A DNA stretch of 64,000 nucleotides, taken from a virus (Duplodnaviria > Caudoviricetes). Each line of letters begins with the position of its first letter. Position 1 is the first letter of the stretch. The DNA lies in IMG/VR virus record IMGVR_UViG_3300029288_000131, positions 1 to 64,000 of that record; one strand, given 5' to 3'. Position numbers and translations under genes: made by a program. The notes beneath the pieces were generated by a model. That model was not told where the DNA came from, did not search any database, and saw only the letters and a program-made list of their open reading frames with translations. Positions 24,396 to 33,230 of this stretch are shown piece after piece.

Positions 24396-25284
24396 AATTG
24401 CAGTGCTTTGTTCTGACATCCATCTAAGTCACACACCACCGGCGGCCCGGTCTGCTGAGCCTGATTGGTATGCTGCTATGCAGAGGTCGTTGGACGAGGT
24501 GGCGAGGCTTGCCAAGCGATACGAATGCCCAATCATCTGTGCAGGAGACGTGTTCGACCGCTGGAACAGCCCACCCGAGTTGATCAACTGGGCTGCCGAT
24601 CACATGCCGAAGATGTATGCGATACCAGGACAGCATGACTTGCCCGAGCATGCTTACGAGCAGATCAAGCGTTCTGCTTATTGGTCGTTGGTCGAGATGG
24701 GCGTGATTGAGAATTGTGCAGGTGTGACCAAGATCTCGCCAGCTTTGACGATCAATGCTTTGCCGTGGGGGTGGGAATTGCAGCCGTGTGAAAGGAAGTT
24801 TGAGGGGGTGTCGTTGGCGGTGGTTCACAAGTACGTTTGGAAGCCAAACTACGGATATCTTGGGTCGCCAGATGATGCAAGGATCGAAGGAGTCAGAAGG
24901 CAGCTCAAGGGATACGATGCCCTGATGTTTGGCGACAACCACAAAGGGTTTCTTGCCGGATCGAGCGTGTTGAATTGCGGATGCCTGATTCGGAGGAAGC
25001 AAGCCGAGCGTCGGTACAAGCCGTGCGTCGGGTTGCTGATGGACGACGGTTCGATCTACCGTCAATATCTTGATTGCAGTGCAGACAAGTGGCTGACGGT
25101 GGTAGAGGAAAAGGAAGAACAGAATCATCCTGAACTAGAAAAGTTTTTAGAACGGTTGGGGACCGTCGCCACTGATTTGGTGGATTTTCGAGGGGCGATT
25201 TTGAGGCTCATGGACGATAATAGGGTGTCGGGAGGGGCACGGCAAATCCTTTTGGAAGCTTTGGGTGAAGGAGACATGAAATGA
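24385..25284 (+). CDS. sbcD: SbcD/Mre11-like metallophosphoesterase nuclease
   Basis: SDIHL, AGDVFD, PGQHD, VVHK, FGDNH, NCG. Confidence 0.9.
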   Translation: MNSEIAVLCSDIHLSHTPPAARSAEPDWYAAMQRSLDEVARLAKRYECPIICAGDVFDRWNSPPELINWAADHMPKMYAIPGQHDLPEHAYEQIKRSAYWSLVEMGVIENCAGVTKISPALTINALPWGWELQPCERKFEGVSLAVVHKYVWKPNYGYLGSPDDARIEGVRRQLKGYDALMFGDNHKGFLAGSSVLNCGCLIRRKQAERRYKPCVGLLMDDGSIYRQYLDCSADKWLTVVEEKEEQNHPELEKFLERLGTVATDLVDFRGAILRLMDDNRVSGGARQILLEALGEGDMK

Positions 25285-25622
25285 TTTTGGAGACTTGGAC
25301 GCTGACGGCTGACAGTTTCGAGGGCTTTCATGTCTGTAACAACACCAGGAGATATGCTTCGTGGTGCCGTTTGGATGTGATGTCCACAGTTAGGCGTTTC
25401 TTCAACGTGCCAAAGAATGTTGAGAAGCTGTGGGTGCTGTTCCATGATAGACCAAGCAAGGATCGACTGCCGGTCGTTGTGGAAGAGTTCGATGATGCTG
25501 CTTGGTGTTTGAAGTCGGGGAAGAGAGAAGTGATCAATCAAAGTGAAGGCGATTCGATGCTTATGGACATTCAGGATCGGGTTGGAGACAGAACTCTTCA
25601 CGTCGAGGTCTGGTACGAATGA
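25281..25622 (+). CDS. hypothetical protein
   Basis: AAGGAG RBS, ATGA overlaps. Confidence 0.6.
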   Translation: MILETWTLTADSFEGFHVCNNTRRYASWCRLDVMSTVRRFFNVPKNVEKLWVLFHDRPSKDRLPVVVEEFDDAAWCLKSGKREVINQSEGDSMLMDIQDRVGDRTLHVEVWYE

Positions 25623-25873
25623 TTGACTTAGAACGCTACAAGCAACTGAAAGAAGAGTCCGACCGGCACCAGCGGGAGTTCGATCGCACGCAAGGGGCTT
25701 TGGCTCAGTTGATGGGGCAATTGGACAAGGAGTTCGGGTGTGAGTCGTGTGACGAGGCAGAAGAACAGCTCACTCAAATGAAGAAGGAGGTAGAAAAGGA
25801 TCAGCAGAGGTTCGGGAAGTTGTTGGACTCGTTTGAACGGGAGTTGACCAAGCAAACAAGTGGAGGTGAGTGA
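25619..25873 (+). CDS. coiled-coil protein, possibly a segment of the split SbcC
   Basis: Heptad-rich, lies between the SbcC halves. Confidence 0.6.
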   Translation: MIDLERYKQLKEESDRHQREFDRTQGALAQLMGQLDKEFGCESCDEAEEQLTQMKKEVEKDQQRFGKLLDSFERELTKQTSGGE

Positions 25874-26049
25874 TGCGACGGCGAGATTACATGGGATCGG
25901 TGGCTTGCGAGCCTCGGTTGCAAGACGACGACGAAGAAGAAGATGACGTCTTCGACGACGAGGACGACGATTTCGATGATGATGACGACGAGGATTGGGA
26001 AGACGATGAAGACGAGGACCTCGATGATGACGACGAAGACGACGAGTAG
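25873..26049 (+). CDS. 58-aa hyper-acidic mini-protein (not in ORF track)
   Basis: MRRRDYMGSVACEPRLQDDDEEEDDVFDDEDDDFDDDDDEDWEDDEDEDLDDDDEDDE; GGAGG RBS with TGATG coupling. Confidence 0.7.
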   Translation: MRRRDYMGSVACEPRLQDDDEEEDDVFDDEDDDFDDDDDEDWEDDEDEDLDDDDEDDE

Positions 26050-26083
26050 TCTCTCTCATCACCGTCGAAACATCTCCCGCTTG

Positions 26084-26629
26084 ATGGTGGAGCACGCTTC
26101 GGCCGAGACTGCCATCAAGCGGGAGGTTCTAGCGTTGGAGAAGGCACGTGGGAGGGCCACCGCTGCTGAGGAAGCACAGCAGGTCATTCAGCAAGTGGCA
26201 CAAGCCGTTCAACAGCAGGTCCACAGAGGTGTCGCCGAGGTAGTTACCCGCTGCTTGAATGCTGTATTTGATGACCCTTACGAGTTTCAGATACGGTTCG
26301 AGAAGAAGCGTGGCAAGACAGAAGCGGTGCTGGTGTTCGTGAGGGACGGTCAAGAGTTGGACGACCCGTTGAACGAGGTTGGTGGGGGAGTGATAGACGT
26401 GGCTGCTTTGGCACTTCGATTGGCATCCATTTTGCTTTGCCGTCCTGCCAAGCGACGGCTGATCGTGCTAGATGAGCCGTTCAAGAACATACGGGGCGAG
26501 CACTACCGTCGAAGAACCAGGCAGATGTTGCAGAAGCTGGCGGAGGAGTTGGGGTTTCAGTTCATCATCAATACAGACATCGAAGCCTATCAGATGGGCA
26601 CGGTGATCAGGTTGCCGAAGGAGGACTGA
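26084..26629 (+). CDS. sbcC: SbcC/Rad50-like ATPase, C-terminal half (start uncertain)
   Basis: Coiled coil, ABC signature variant VGGGVIDVAALALRL, Walker B/D-loop IVLDEPF, H-loop INTD. Confidence 0.85.
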   Translation: MVEHASAETAIKREVLALEKARGRATAAEEAQQVIQQVAQAVQQQVHRGVAEVVTRCLNAVFDDPYEFQIRFEKKRGKTEAVLVFVRDGQELDDPLNEVGGGVIDVAALALRLASILLCRPAKRRLIVLDEPFKNIRGEHYRRRTRQMLQKLAEELGFQFIINTDIEAYQMGTVIRLPKED

Positions 26630-26630
26630 G

Positions 26631-26909
26631 ATGGGGTACTCTGTTGATGATTCGATGGTTCGGGTGGATTTCTTTCGGCCGTCGGGCAAGTGGCATGATA
26701 CGCAGGCAGTGAAGTGGACGGGCAGCTTCACGTCTGGTTTAGTTTCCGAGGAGTTTGCTAAAACTCTGCGAGACTATTTCAAGGATGCTCCAAATCGGTA
26801 TGGAGAAATGGATGCTGTTTGCTTGGAGCCGTGCCATCGAAACGCTTATCCCCTCATGATCAGAGCAGGTAGATGGCGTTTGGCATCTGATGAGAAGAAG
26901 GAGGACTGA
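26631..26909 (+). CDS. hypothetical protein
   Basis: GGAGGA RBS; VRVDFFRPSGKW. Confidence 0.65.
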   Translation: MGYSVDDSMVRVDFFRPSGKWHDTQAVKWTGSFTSGLVSEEFAKTLRDYFKDAPNRYGEMDAVCLEPCHRNAYPLMIRAGRWRLASDEKKED

Positions 26910-27126
26910 GGTGGAGAAACTCGTTGCCTTTTCTGAAGACACAAGGAAGCATTTAGGAATCGACCCTCGGTGGATGAAACTGTACTACGAGTTCGATCCG
27001 GTAAGGTGGGCATGGTATGGAACGTATCTAGGCGTGTTAGAAGGGGAAATCAAGAAGTCCAAGAGTCGGTGGTACAAGCTACGGTGTTTGTGCCGTTGGT
27101 TGAGTGGCATGTATAAGGAGAATTGA
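26890..27126 (+). CDS. hypothetical protein (start uncertain)
   Basis: Fills gap before thyX. Confidence 0.4.
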   Translation: MRRRRTEVEKLVAFSEDTRKHLGIDPRWMKLYYEFDPVRWAWYGTYLGVLEGEIKKSKSRWYKLRCLCRWLSGMYKEN

Positions 27127-27127
27127 G

Positions 27128-27757
27128 ATGTTCCTGATCAAGCCGAGTTACGAGATTCTTTGTGGACGTCCCGATGTGAATTTCATAGCAGCACTGGCGA
27201 GGACGTGCTACAAGTCAGAGCCAAATGGAGTCGACACCGATGCTGACAAGCATCTTGTCTCGCTTCTCATCAAGCGGGGACACGAATCCCAGTTGGAACA
27301 TCAGAGCATGACGGTTCGGTTTGTGATCGACCGTGGAGTGTCCCATGAATTAGTCAGGCACCGTCTTGCTGCTTATTCACAGGAGAGCACACGGTACTGC
27401 AACTATCGAGGTGGCGTGACGTTCGTGATTCCGCCGTGGGTGGATGTCAAGCCAGGGGAGTATAACTATGGACTTACGTATGCCAATGGACCGTGGTTCT
27501 TTCACATGCTTGCATGTGAGCGTGCTTATCTTGGTTTGCTTGATCTTAAGCAGACACCACAACAAGCACGGTCCGTCCTGCCGAACAGCCTCGCCACGAC
27601 CATCGTAATGACGGCGAACATACGTGAGTGGAGGCACGTGTTTCGGCTCCGGTGTGCCAAGGAAGCTCACCCTCAGATGCGAGAGGTGATGATTCCGTTG
27701 CGTGATAGTTTGATTGATGCCTGTCCCGTGATGTTCGAGGATTTGGTGAGGCCATGA
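27128..27757 (+). CDS. thyX: flavin-dependent thymidylate synthase
   Basis: GHES.LEH, SHELVRHR, SQESTRY, ARSVLPN, AHPQMRE. Confidence 0.95.
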   Translation: MFLIKPSYEILCGRPDVNFIAALARTCYKSEPNGVDTDADKHLVSLLIKRGHESQLEHQSMTVRFVIDRGVSHELVRHRLAAYSQESTRYCNYRGGVTFVIPPWVDVKPGEYNYGLTYANGPWFFHMLACERAYLGLLDLKQTPQQARSVLPNSLATTIVMTANIREWRHVFRLRCAKEAHPQMREVMIPLRDSLIDACPVMFEDLVRP

Positions 27758-27855
27758 AAAGAGACTGGACGATGATTGCGTTGACGGTGCTTTGGTTTGT
27801 ATGCCTTGTCGGGAGCGTCGTACTTTGGATTTGGGCAATGAAGAATCTGATTTAA
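27754..27855 (+). CDS. 33-aa single-TM peptide (not in ORF track)
   Basis: MKRDWTMIALTVLWFVCLVGSVVLWIWAMKNLI; ATGA overlap. Confidence 0.5.
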   Translation: MKRDWTMIALTVLWFVCLVGSVVLWIWAMKNLI

Positions 27856-27866
27856 GGAGCGTGGCA

Positions 27867-28076
27867 ATGAAGAAGAGAAACGGCGAGAGACCAGCAGGAC
27901 TAGGACCGTGCCCGGTGTTCGATGTTGATTTGGTTGTTCACATGAACGATTTGATGGTTGAGCAACTTGTCGATTTCTTTGACGAGGCGAAGGTCAAGGG
28001 AGTGTCGATGCCGTCACAACTATACGCACTTCACCGTCAACTGGAGCGGTGGGCTGGAGAAAAGGAAGATGTCTGA
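27867..28076 (+). CDS. hypothetical protein
   Basis: AAGGAG RBS before ATG 27867. Confidence 0.55.
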   Translation: MKKRNGERPAGLGPCPVFDVDLVVHMNDLMVEQLVDFFDEAKVKGVSMPSQLYALHRQLERWAGEKEDV

Positions 28077-28296
28077 CACCATAGAACAAAAAATCACCAT
28101 AGTGGAAAGCACAAACCCGTCGATCATCGGGATCGGTTTCAATCGGAGATTCCTTGCCAGGCCCGATCAGGATTTGGGTAGGGAAAGGGAGGATGGGGAT
28201 ATGATTCTCATGATGTCAAAGCAGATGGGAATCGATATTGCTAAGGTGATTCTCAAGCGGTTTGCTCCTCACCTGATCGTGAGCGGGAGGGGTTGA
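28069..28296 (+). CDS. hypothetical protein
   Basis: GGAG RBS, tight packing. Confidence 0.5.
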   Translation: MSDTIEQKITIVESTNPSIIGIGFNRRFLARPDQDLGREREDGDMILMMSKQMGIDIAKVILKRFAPHLIVSGRG

Positions 28297-28297
28297 A

Positions 28298-28507
28298 ATG
28301 ATCACATGGACCAAGAACGAGGATGGAGAGCGATTTCTTTGGTTCAAGAATCGGAAGGTTAAGGAGACGGAGATCACGAAACAACTAATCGACAGGATCG
28401 AAGAGCTGCAAGAAGGAATCATGCAGCACCGCATGGACATTTGGGGAGAGCTTGACGTGGAGAACGAGTTTGATTTGGATTTGTACCGTCTTTTGGAATC
28501 GAAGTGA
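28298..28507 (+). CDS. hypothetical protein
   Basis: GGAGG RBS. Confidence 0.6.
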   Translation: MITWTKNEDGERFLWFKNRKVKETEITKQLIDRIEELQEGIMQHRMDIWGELDVENEFDLDLYRLLESK

Positions 28508-28521
28508 GAAGGAGATAAGAG

Positions 28522-28839
28522 ATGACGGTCAAGGAATACTTGGACTACTTGAAGCAGCCTGCCGAGAAGCAAACAGACCGTGAGAAACTCACGGCGTTGC
28601 TGAAGGCTTTGACGCCTGCAACGAAAAGGTCCTTGTTGGACCAGCAGTCGGAGTTGTTCTACAAGAGCAAATACATCCATCCGCAAGCAACGGCGAATGA
28701 AGATTTCTTGATGTTCGTGAGAGAACAGTCGGACTTGCTGGTGAAGTGCATTGAATTAGAGATGTCTGATTTTGGCAGGCACGTGAGGGTCGTACTCGGC
28801 CTCGAACCGCTGACACTTGAAATGGAGCTGGGAACATGA
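28522..28839 (+). CDS. hypothetical protein
   Basis: AAGGAG RBS. Confidence 0.6.
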   Translation: MTVKEYLDYLKQPAEKQTDREKLTALLKALTPATKRSLLDQQSELFYKSKYIHPQATANEDFLMFVREQSDLLVKCIELEMSDFGRHVRVVLGLEPLTLEMELGT

Positions 28840-29015
28840 CAGGGGCAATCATGGCGTGGTCGGTGATTTGTACAGTGTCACTTGGATTGCTGTGCAAATG
28901 GTTCCCACCAGGAATGGAAAGGACGAGGGAGGTCAAAACGAATTTGTACGTCTACTTGGTGGGAATCGGTTTCTTGATCTTGCTCAGGGTGCTACTGCCG
29001 GTCTTTGGAGTGTAA
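28836..29015 (+). CDS. 59-aa two-TM membrane protein (not in ORF track)
   Basis: MTGAIMAWSVICTVSLGLLCKW...LYVYLVGIGFLILLRVLLPVFGV; ATGA overlap. Confidence 0.55.
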   Translation: MTGAIMAWSVICTVSLGLLCKWFPPGMERTREVKTNLYVYLVGIGFLILLRVLLPVFGV

Positions 29016-29018
29016 GAA

Positions 29019-29174
29019 ATGAAGTGGATGCTAGAACTGCTGAGAGCATGGTTCAACCCAGGAAAAGGACCAAAAGCATCGGTAGAAAAACCTTACGACT
29101 CCAAGGTGTTGAAACAGCTTCCAGAACACGAAGAATTGGGAGAGGACTACGAAGATGGAAGACCACCAAACTGA
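29019..29174 (+). CDS. 51-aa hypothetical protein (not in ORF track)
   Basis: GGAG RBS; MKWMLELLRAWFNPG. Confidence 0.45.
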   Translation: MKWMLELLRAWFNPGKGPKASVEKPYDSKVLKQLPEHEELGEDYEDGRPPN

Positions 29175-29184
29175 ACAGAACAAC

Positions 29185-29430
29185 ATGAATAGACGCAAAG
29201 CAATGGGCACCATGATAGGGTGCCTATGTGCGTCTGTATTGCCAGGAACAACCCCTGTAGACCCTGTCCTGGCAAGGAGGAACGAGATCTTGAGGAAGGT
29301 CATGATGGACTACAAGAGGGGATGGAGGTATGTGGCATGTTTCGATGGAAGTGGAAAGGGGAAGTGGGTGATACTTGATATGGAAAGGTTAGCCGGGGGG
29401 TCAAAACCCGTAAGCACAAATAGAGGGTGA
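29185..29430 (+). CDS. hypothetical protein with Tat-like leader
   Basis: MNRRKAMGTMIGCLCASVLPG. Confidence 0.45.
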   Translation: MNRRKAMGTMIGCLCASVLPGTTPVDPVLARRNEILRKVMMDYKRGWRYVACFDGSGKGKWVILDMERLAGGSKPVSTNRG

Positions 29431-29436
29431 CTTCTA

Positions 29437-30129
29437 ATGGGTGACAAGCAGAAACAGAATCGAGGCATCTCACTGAGGACCAGGAAGCGTAAGTGGAGGG
29501 TCTTAGAGTATGCTTTGCAAGGGCAGGTGGACCCTGTAAGGATAGGGTCAGCGATGGGTGTGCCAGTGCCCTTGATAGCATGTGACCTACGGTGGGTTAG
29601 CAAGATGTTGGCCCAGAGGGACAAGCAGGAGATAGCCGAGTTACAGGCATTGCACGGAGCTAGATTGCAGGAGTTGGGGTACAAGGCATTGGTGGCGTTT
29701 GAGCGGTCGAGACAGGATGAAGAAACGGTAACGACGAGCTTTCACAACGTGACGTGCAAGCGGTGCAAAGGAAAGGGAAGTTTGAACGGGGATGAGGGGG
29801 AATGGTGCCCGGACTGTGACGGGAATGGATACAAGACGGTTGAAAGGGTGAGGCGCAAGGTGAGGGGACAAGCGGGAGATCCACAGTTCCTGAAAACGGC
29901 CATTGATGCTTTTGACAAGTGGGCCAAGTTATACCAGCTCTACCCGCAATCACTCAAGGTTGTGCAAAAGGACCAAAGGCAAGTTCACATCCACAATGAA
30001 TTGAACTTGGATGGGGTTCCTGAGGACGCGATAATAGAAGCGAGGAGGGCCGTTCTACGGTTGAAAGAACTGACGGTTTCCCCGAAGGTGATAGACGTAG
30101 AGCCCGATAATAGGACAGGAGGTGAGTGA
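29437..30129 (+). CDS. putative terminase small subunit with DnaJ-type Zn finger insert
   Basis: N-terminal HTH-like segment, CKRCKGKG...CPDCDGNG, GDPQFLKTAIDAFDKWAKLY; first large gene upstream of terL. Confidence 0.55.
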   Translation: MGDKQKQNRGISLRTRKRKWRVLEYALQGQVDPVRIGSAMGVPVPLIACDLRWVSKMLAQRDKQEIAELQALHGARLQELGYKALVAFERSRQDEETVTTSFHNVTCKRCKGKGSLNGDEGEWCPDCDGNGYKTVERVRRKVRGQAGDPQFLKTAIDAFDKWAKLYQLYPQSLKVVQKDQRQVHIHNELNLDGVPEDAIIEARRAVLRLKELTVSPKVIDVEPDNRTGGE

Positions 30130-30353
30130 TGTTCAGCGTGAGACAGAAGCGTGAAATCGCGGATGCTGTTCAGAAGATTCTTAGGGATACGAATCATCCT
30201 GAGTTGCCCGACGGAGAGATTCAGTTTCGTCTCCACGTCAGGGGAGATGCGTCGTGGTCGTGGGCCGACATCCGAAACAATGGAGCAGTGATTGACCCGG
30301 CGGTCAATCCCTGGAATGAATCGCAAGATGTAGCGAGCACAACGGGAGGGTGA
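30129..30353 (+). CDS. hypothetical protein (accessory block)
   Basis: GGAGGTGAGTGATG coupled start. Confidence 0.7.
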   Translation: MFSVRQKREIADAVQKILRDTNHPELPDGEIQFRLHVRGDASWSWADIRNNGAVIDPAVNPWNESQDVASTTGG

Positions 30354-30357
30354 AGCC

Positions 30358-30639
30358 ATGTATCGAGTCATTGGGTTTGAGCGGACGCCGGAGTCGCTTG
30401 GCTGGTCCGAGTTGCCTGTGGCTCTGGTGCGTGACATCGACCATGCGATGCTACGAGGCGACCAGTGGTTGATATCGCGAGCCGACGCCGCGGTGCTCGT
30501 CGTGGACCTCGACGCGACGCGACACATCCACGCCATGCGATCGGTCGGGTGGACGCCGCTGGGATTGGCCGACCGGATGGAGCTCGTGGCCAGGCGGGAG
30601 CAAATACACGCAGCCGCGAACGCGGCGGGAGGTGAGTGA
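30358..30639 (+). CDS. hypothetical protein (accessory block)
   Basis: GGAGG RBS, ends GGE. Confidence 0.6.
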   Translation: MYRVIGFERTPESLGWSELPVALVRDIDHAMLRGDQWLISRADAAVLVVDLDATRHIHAMRSVGWTPLGLADRMELVARREQIHAAANAAGGE

Positions 30640-30908
30640 TGGTGACATACGTGTCCGGGATGATTCATGCCATGTGTATTGCCGCGGTCCACGCATGGCT
30701 CGGAGGGCAGGTCATTGAGAACGCTAAGGCGTTCTGCGACTCTGCGACGTTCTATGTTCGCCCGAACGACACTCGCTGCTGGCCCATTGCCCTAGATGGC
30801 AAGATGGTCCGTGTGCGGCTGGAGCTTGTGGACAACGACGCAATCCCGATGGTGAATGAAGCACCCCGGGGCCGCAGGAGCGGCAGGAGCGGCAGAAAGC
30901 GATGGTGA
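30636..30908 (+). CDS. hypothetical protein (accessory block)
   Basis: GGAGGTGAGTGATG coupled start. Confidence 0.55.
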   Translation: MMVTYVSGMIHAMCIAAVHAWLGGQVIENAKAFCDSATFYVRPNDTRCWPIALDGKMVRVRLELVDNDAIPMVNEAPRGRRSGRSGRKRW

Positions 30909-30911
30909 GTG

Positions 30912-31931
30912 ATGAAGTCCCTGGAGCGGTTACTTAAGCGTCTCGCCGCTGGCGGCTGTAGGCCGTGCATTAGCTATCGCGGAGAAACGCCAGACGGTTG
31001 CCCGATGTGGCGGGCGCACGTCAACGCCTGCGGGAACTTCTGGGAAGACGAAACTACGCCGTACCGAGCACTCTGCCGAGCCGAGGCAGCGTGGCTAGCC
31101 GCTGGCAAGCCACTGGAGGGAATGGCCGCGACGGCGGAACCCGCGCCGGAGCCGAAACCCGAGCCGAAACCCGACGCCCCGACGGCCGTGGAAATCGACA
31201 TGCGGACAAAACTACTTCACTACGAACGGTACTGCCGAGATCGTGCCCGGCAGTTGTTGGCCGTCGCCAAACCGGACGCGACACCGGACCCACAGACCCT
31301 CAATAGCTTCGGCCTGTTGATGGACGCGATTCAGCGTGCGATTGAGGATCGGCAAGCGCCCACTGATGCCGAGCCGAAACCCGAGCCAACCATCGCCCAA
31401 CTGTTCGCCATCGTCCGGCGGTGGTGCGACGCGGCGCCGGATGAGATACGAAAAATAGCGATACTCCGGAATGGAGCGCGACTTATCGGCCCGCATCCCG
31501 ACTGGCATGAGGTGACGGACTCGCCCGAACTTCTGATGGAGTGGCTTGCAGCGGAGGCGACACCCGCGCCGAAGCCCGAACTGACGCCAGCGGACATCAT
31601 CGCGGCGGCACGGGAGAGAGTCTCCTACCTGAGACGTATCGCCGCGATTAGCGAGCAAGATGCCAACTCCATGCTCGCCGGCCTCGCGCTGGCAGACCCG
31701 GCGATGCTGGCCGAACGCGAACAGCCCGAGGGAAAGGGGGGAGTGATGAATCAGAAGCCGCTGGAAGATTGCTGCGTCTGCGACGAGGCGACCGGCCGCG
31801 CCGGGAGGGGCGACGATTCCATCTACTGCAACTGCGGAGCGGGACCATTCTGTGTGGACTGCTGGCGTGGCCATGCGTGCGAGTGGAAAGACGACGACAG
31901 CGAACAGCCCGAGGAGCCGAGCAATGGGTGA
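30912..31931 (+). CDS. mosaic protein: modules separated by PEPKPE linkers, C-terminal Cys-rich Zn finger
   Basis: PEPKPEPKP, AEPKPEP, PAPKPE linkers; CCVC..CNC...CVDC..HAC after an internal RBS-ATG at 31746. Confidence 0.65.
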   Translation: MKSLERLLKRLAAGGCRPCISYRGETPDGCPMWRAHVNACGNFWEDETTPYRALCRAEAAWLAAGKPLEGMAATAEPAPEPKPEPKPDAPTAVEIDMRTKLLHYERYCRDRARQLLAVAKPDATPDPQTLNSFGLLMDAIQRAIEDRQAPTDAEPKPEPTIAQLFAIVRRWCDAAPDEIRKIAILRNGARLIGPHPDWHEVTDSPELLMEWLAAEATPAPKPELTPADIIAAARERVSYLRRIAAISEQDANSMLAGLALADPAMLAEREQPEGKGGVMNQKPLEDCCVCDEATGRAGRGDDSIYCNCGAGPFCVDCWRGHACEWKDDDSEQPEEPSNG

Positions 31932-32124
31932 AGCAGTTGTTGTGGCTGAGTCTGTTTCTGCCGGATCGTTCTTTCGGCTAGAAGCATGTCCAGCCCGTCG
32001 CTTACAGATGACTAGTGTGCCGCTGGTGGCAGTCGATGACGAATGGAAGATGCTTCGACTGAAACCGGACGCACGGTGTGTTTCCGACCGCGAACAGCCC
32101 GAGGGCACGAAAGGGGGTGAGTGA
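31924..32124 (+). CDS. hypothetical protein (accessory block)
   Basis: GAGGAG RBS; ends EQPEGTKGGE. Confidence 0.5.
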   Translation: MGEAVVVAESVSAGSFFRLEACPARRLQMTSVPLVAVDDEWKMLRLKPDARCVSDREQPEGTKGGE

Positions 32125-32315
32125 TGCTCAGGTCGCATTTCTGCGATGGCTGCCAAGCGCCAACGGCTCACAAGCAAACCGAGGGCCTGGAGGATGGTGT
32201 GATATTCGCGGTCCTGCGCTGTGGGGAGTGCGGGCTGCTTGCCGAGGCCGTCCCTGGCGAGGAGGACGACGAACTCGATTTGTTCGACCGCTTTGATGGG
32301 TCGGACAACGACTAA
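32124..32315 (+). CDS. small Zn-ribbon protein
   Basis: CDGC...CGEC, acidic tail. Confidence 0.6.
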   Translation: MLRSHFCDGCQAPTAHKQTEGLEDGVIFAVLRCGECGLLAEAVPGEEDDELDLFDRFDGSDND

Positions 32316-32434
32316 AGGAAGGGGGTGATGCCTAATGCTGCCACTGCCAGAGCCGCCGCCAATGGAGCCGCTGTACGCCGGTGGCACGTAAGGTTGCCCG
32401 GCCAGGAGCCGGGCCGACACGAAAGGAGCGAGTG

Positions 32435-32611
32435 ATGAATACGAAGCATGTGAAACTGGTTGCAGACGCAGAGACGGCAATCAATGCCGTATTCAGCGAC
32501 ACCAGCGTCAGCCACGCTACCACAAAAGACAGCCTGGAGACGCTGCGCGACCTGTGTAATGCGATGATTGATGGTCTCGGGTGTGTTGATGGTGTCACTG
32601 GCGACGAGTAA
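32435..32611 (+). CDS. hypothetical protein (accessory block)
   Basis: ACACGAAAGGAGCGAGTGATG leader. Confidence 0.65.
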   Translation: MNTKHVKLVADAETAINAVFSDTSVSHATTKDSLETLRDLCNAMIDGLGCVDGVTGDE

Positions 32612-32628
32612 CACGAAAGGAGCGAGTG

Positions 32629-33024
32629 ATGAGCACGGTAATTTTCGGCAGAAGCGACGACCTGATCGAACTGGGGGGCGACATCGAAGAGGAGTTCAGC
32701 CACTACAGCGACACCAAGTGGGCCTACCTCCATTTCGATGAGGGGACGGTGGTTCGGGCCGGCCACTGCCTTGTTGACGGCAAGGAGTGGGCCATCGAAG
32801 TTGTCAAGAGCGGCGCGGCCACGGCGACGTTTCTCGAACCCGAGATGGACGACGGCGAGCACTACACGGATCGGCTGGTGCTCGATGGCGTCAAGAGCGT
32901 CGAGCTGTGGCGATCACAGGACGGCCCGACGCGAGACGACCTGGAGAAGTGGTTTGACGACTTCGCCCCATATGGCTTTACTGCCGAGCAACTGCTTGCC
33001 GCCTACCGGGCGCTGAAGTCGTAA
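32629..33024 (+). CDS. hypothetical protein (accessory block)
   Basis: Same ACACGAAAGGAGCGAGTGATG leader; IFGRSDDLIELGGDIEEEF. Confidence 0.75.
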   Translation: MSTVIFGRSDDLIELGGDIEEEFSHYSDTKWAYLHFDEGTVVRAGHCLVDGKEWAIEVVKSGAATATFLEPEMDDGEHYTDRLVLDGVKSVELWRSQDGPTRDDLEKWFDDFAPYGFTAEQLLAAYRALKS

Positions 33025-33113
33025 CCGCAACTGCACCGGGAGTTGCCGCGGATGACAGGGGCCGTCCCGGCGGCCCCGGGGAGTGAGTGCAACAACGAAA
33101 GTGAGGGTGAGTG

Positions 33114-33230
33114 ATGGCCGTATACGTTGATGAACTGCGAGCGCTGCTTCACCCGCAACGCCGTTGGCCCTCTGACCTGTTCTGCCACATGATGGCCGAC
33201 GACGACGAACCGACCAACGAGCGTTGGTAG
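33114..33230 (+). pseudogene. truncated DUF4031-like gene
   Basis: MAVYVDELR...RW...CHMMAD then stop at 38 aa; family normally continues EELH.FA...HYD. Confidence 0.55.

Noticed and set aside
31212-32480. Long minus-strand ORFs (also 41185-42147, 58617-59648)
   Set aside because: No RBS or motifs; they overlap well-supported + strand genes in GC-rich, codon-biased DNA.
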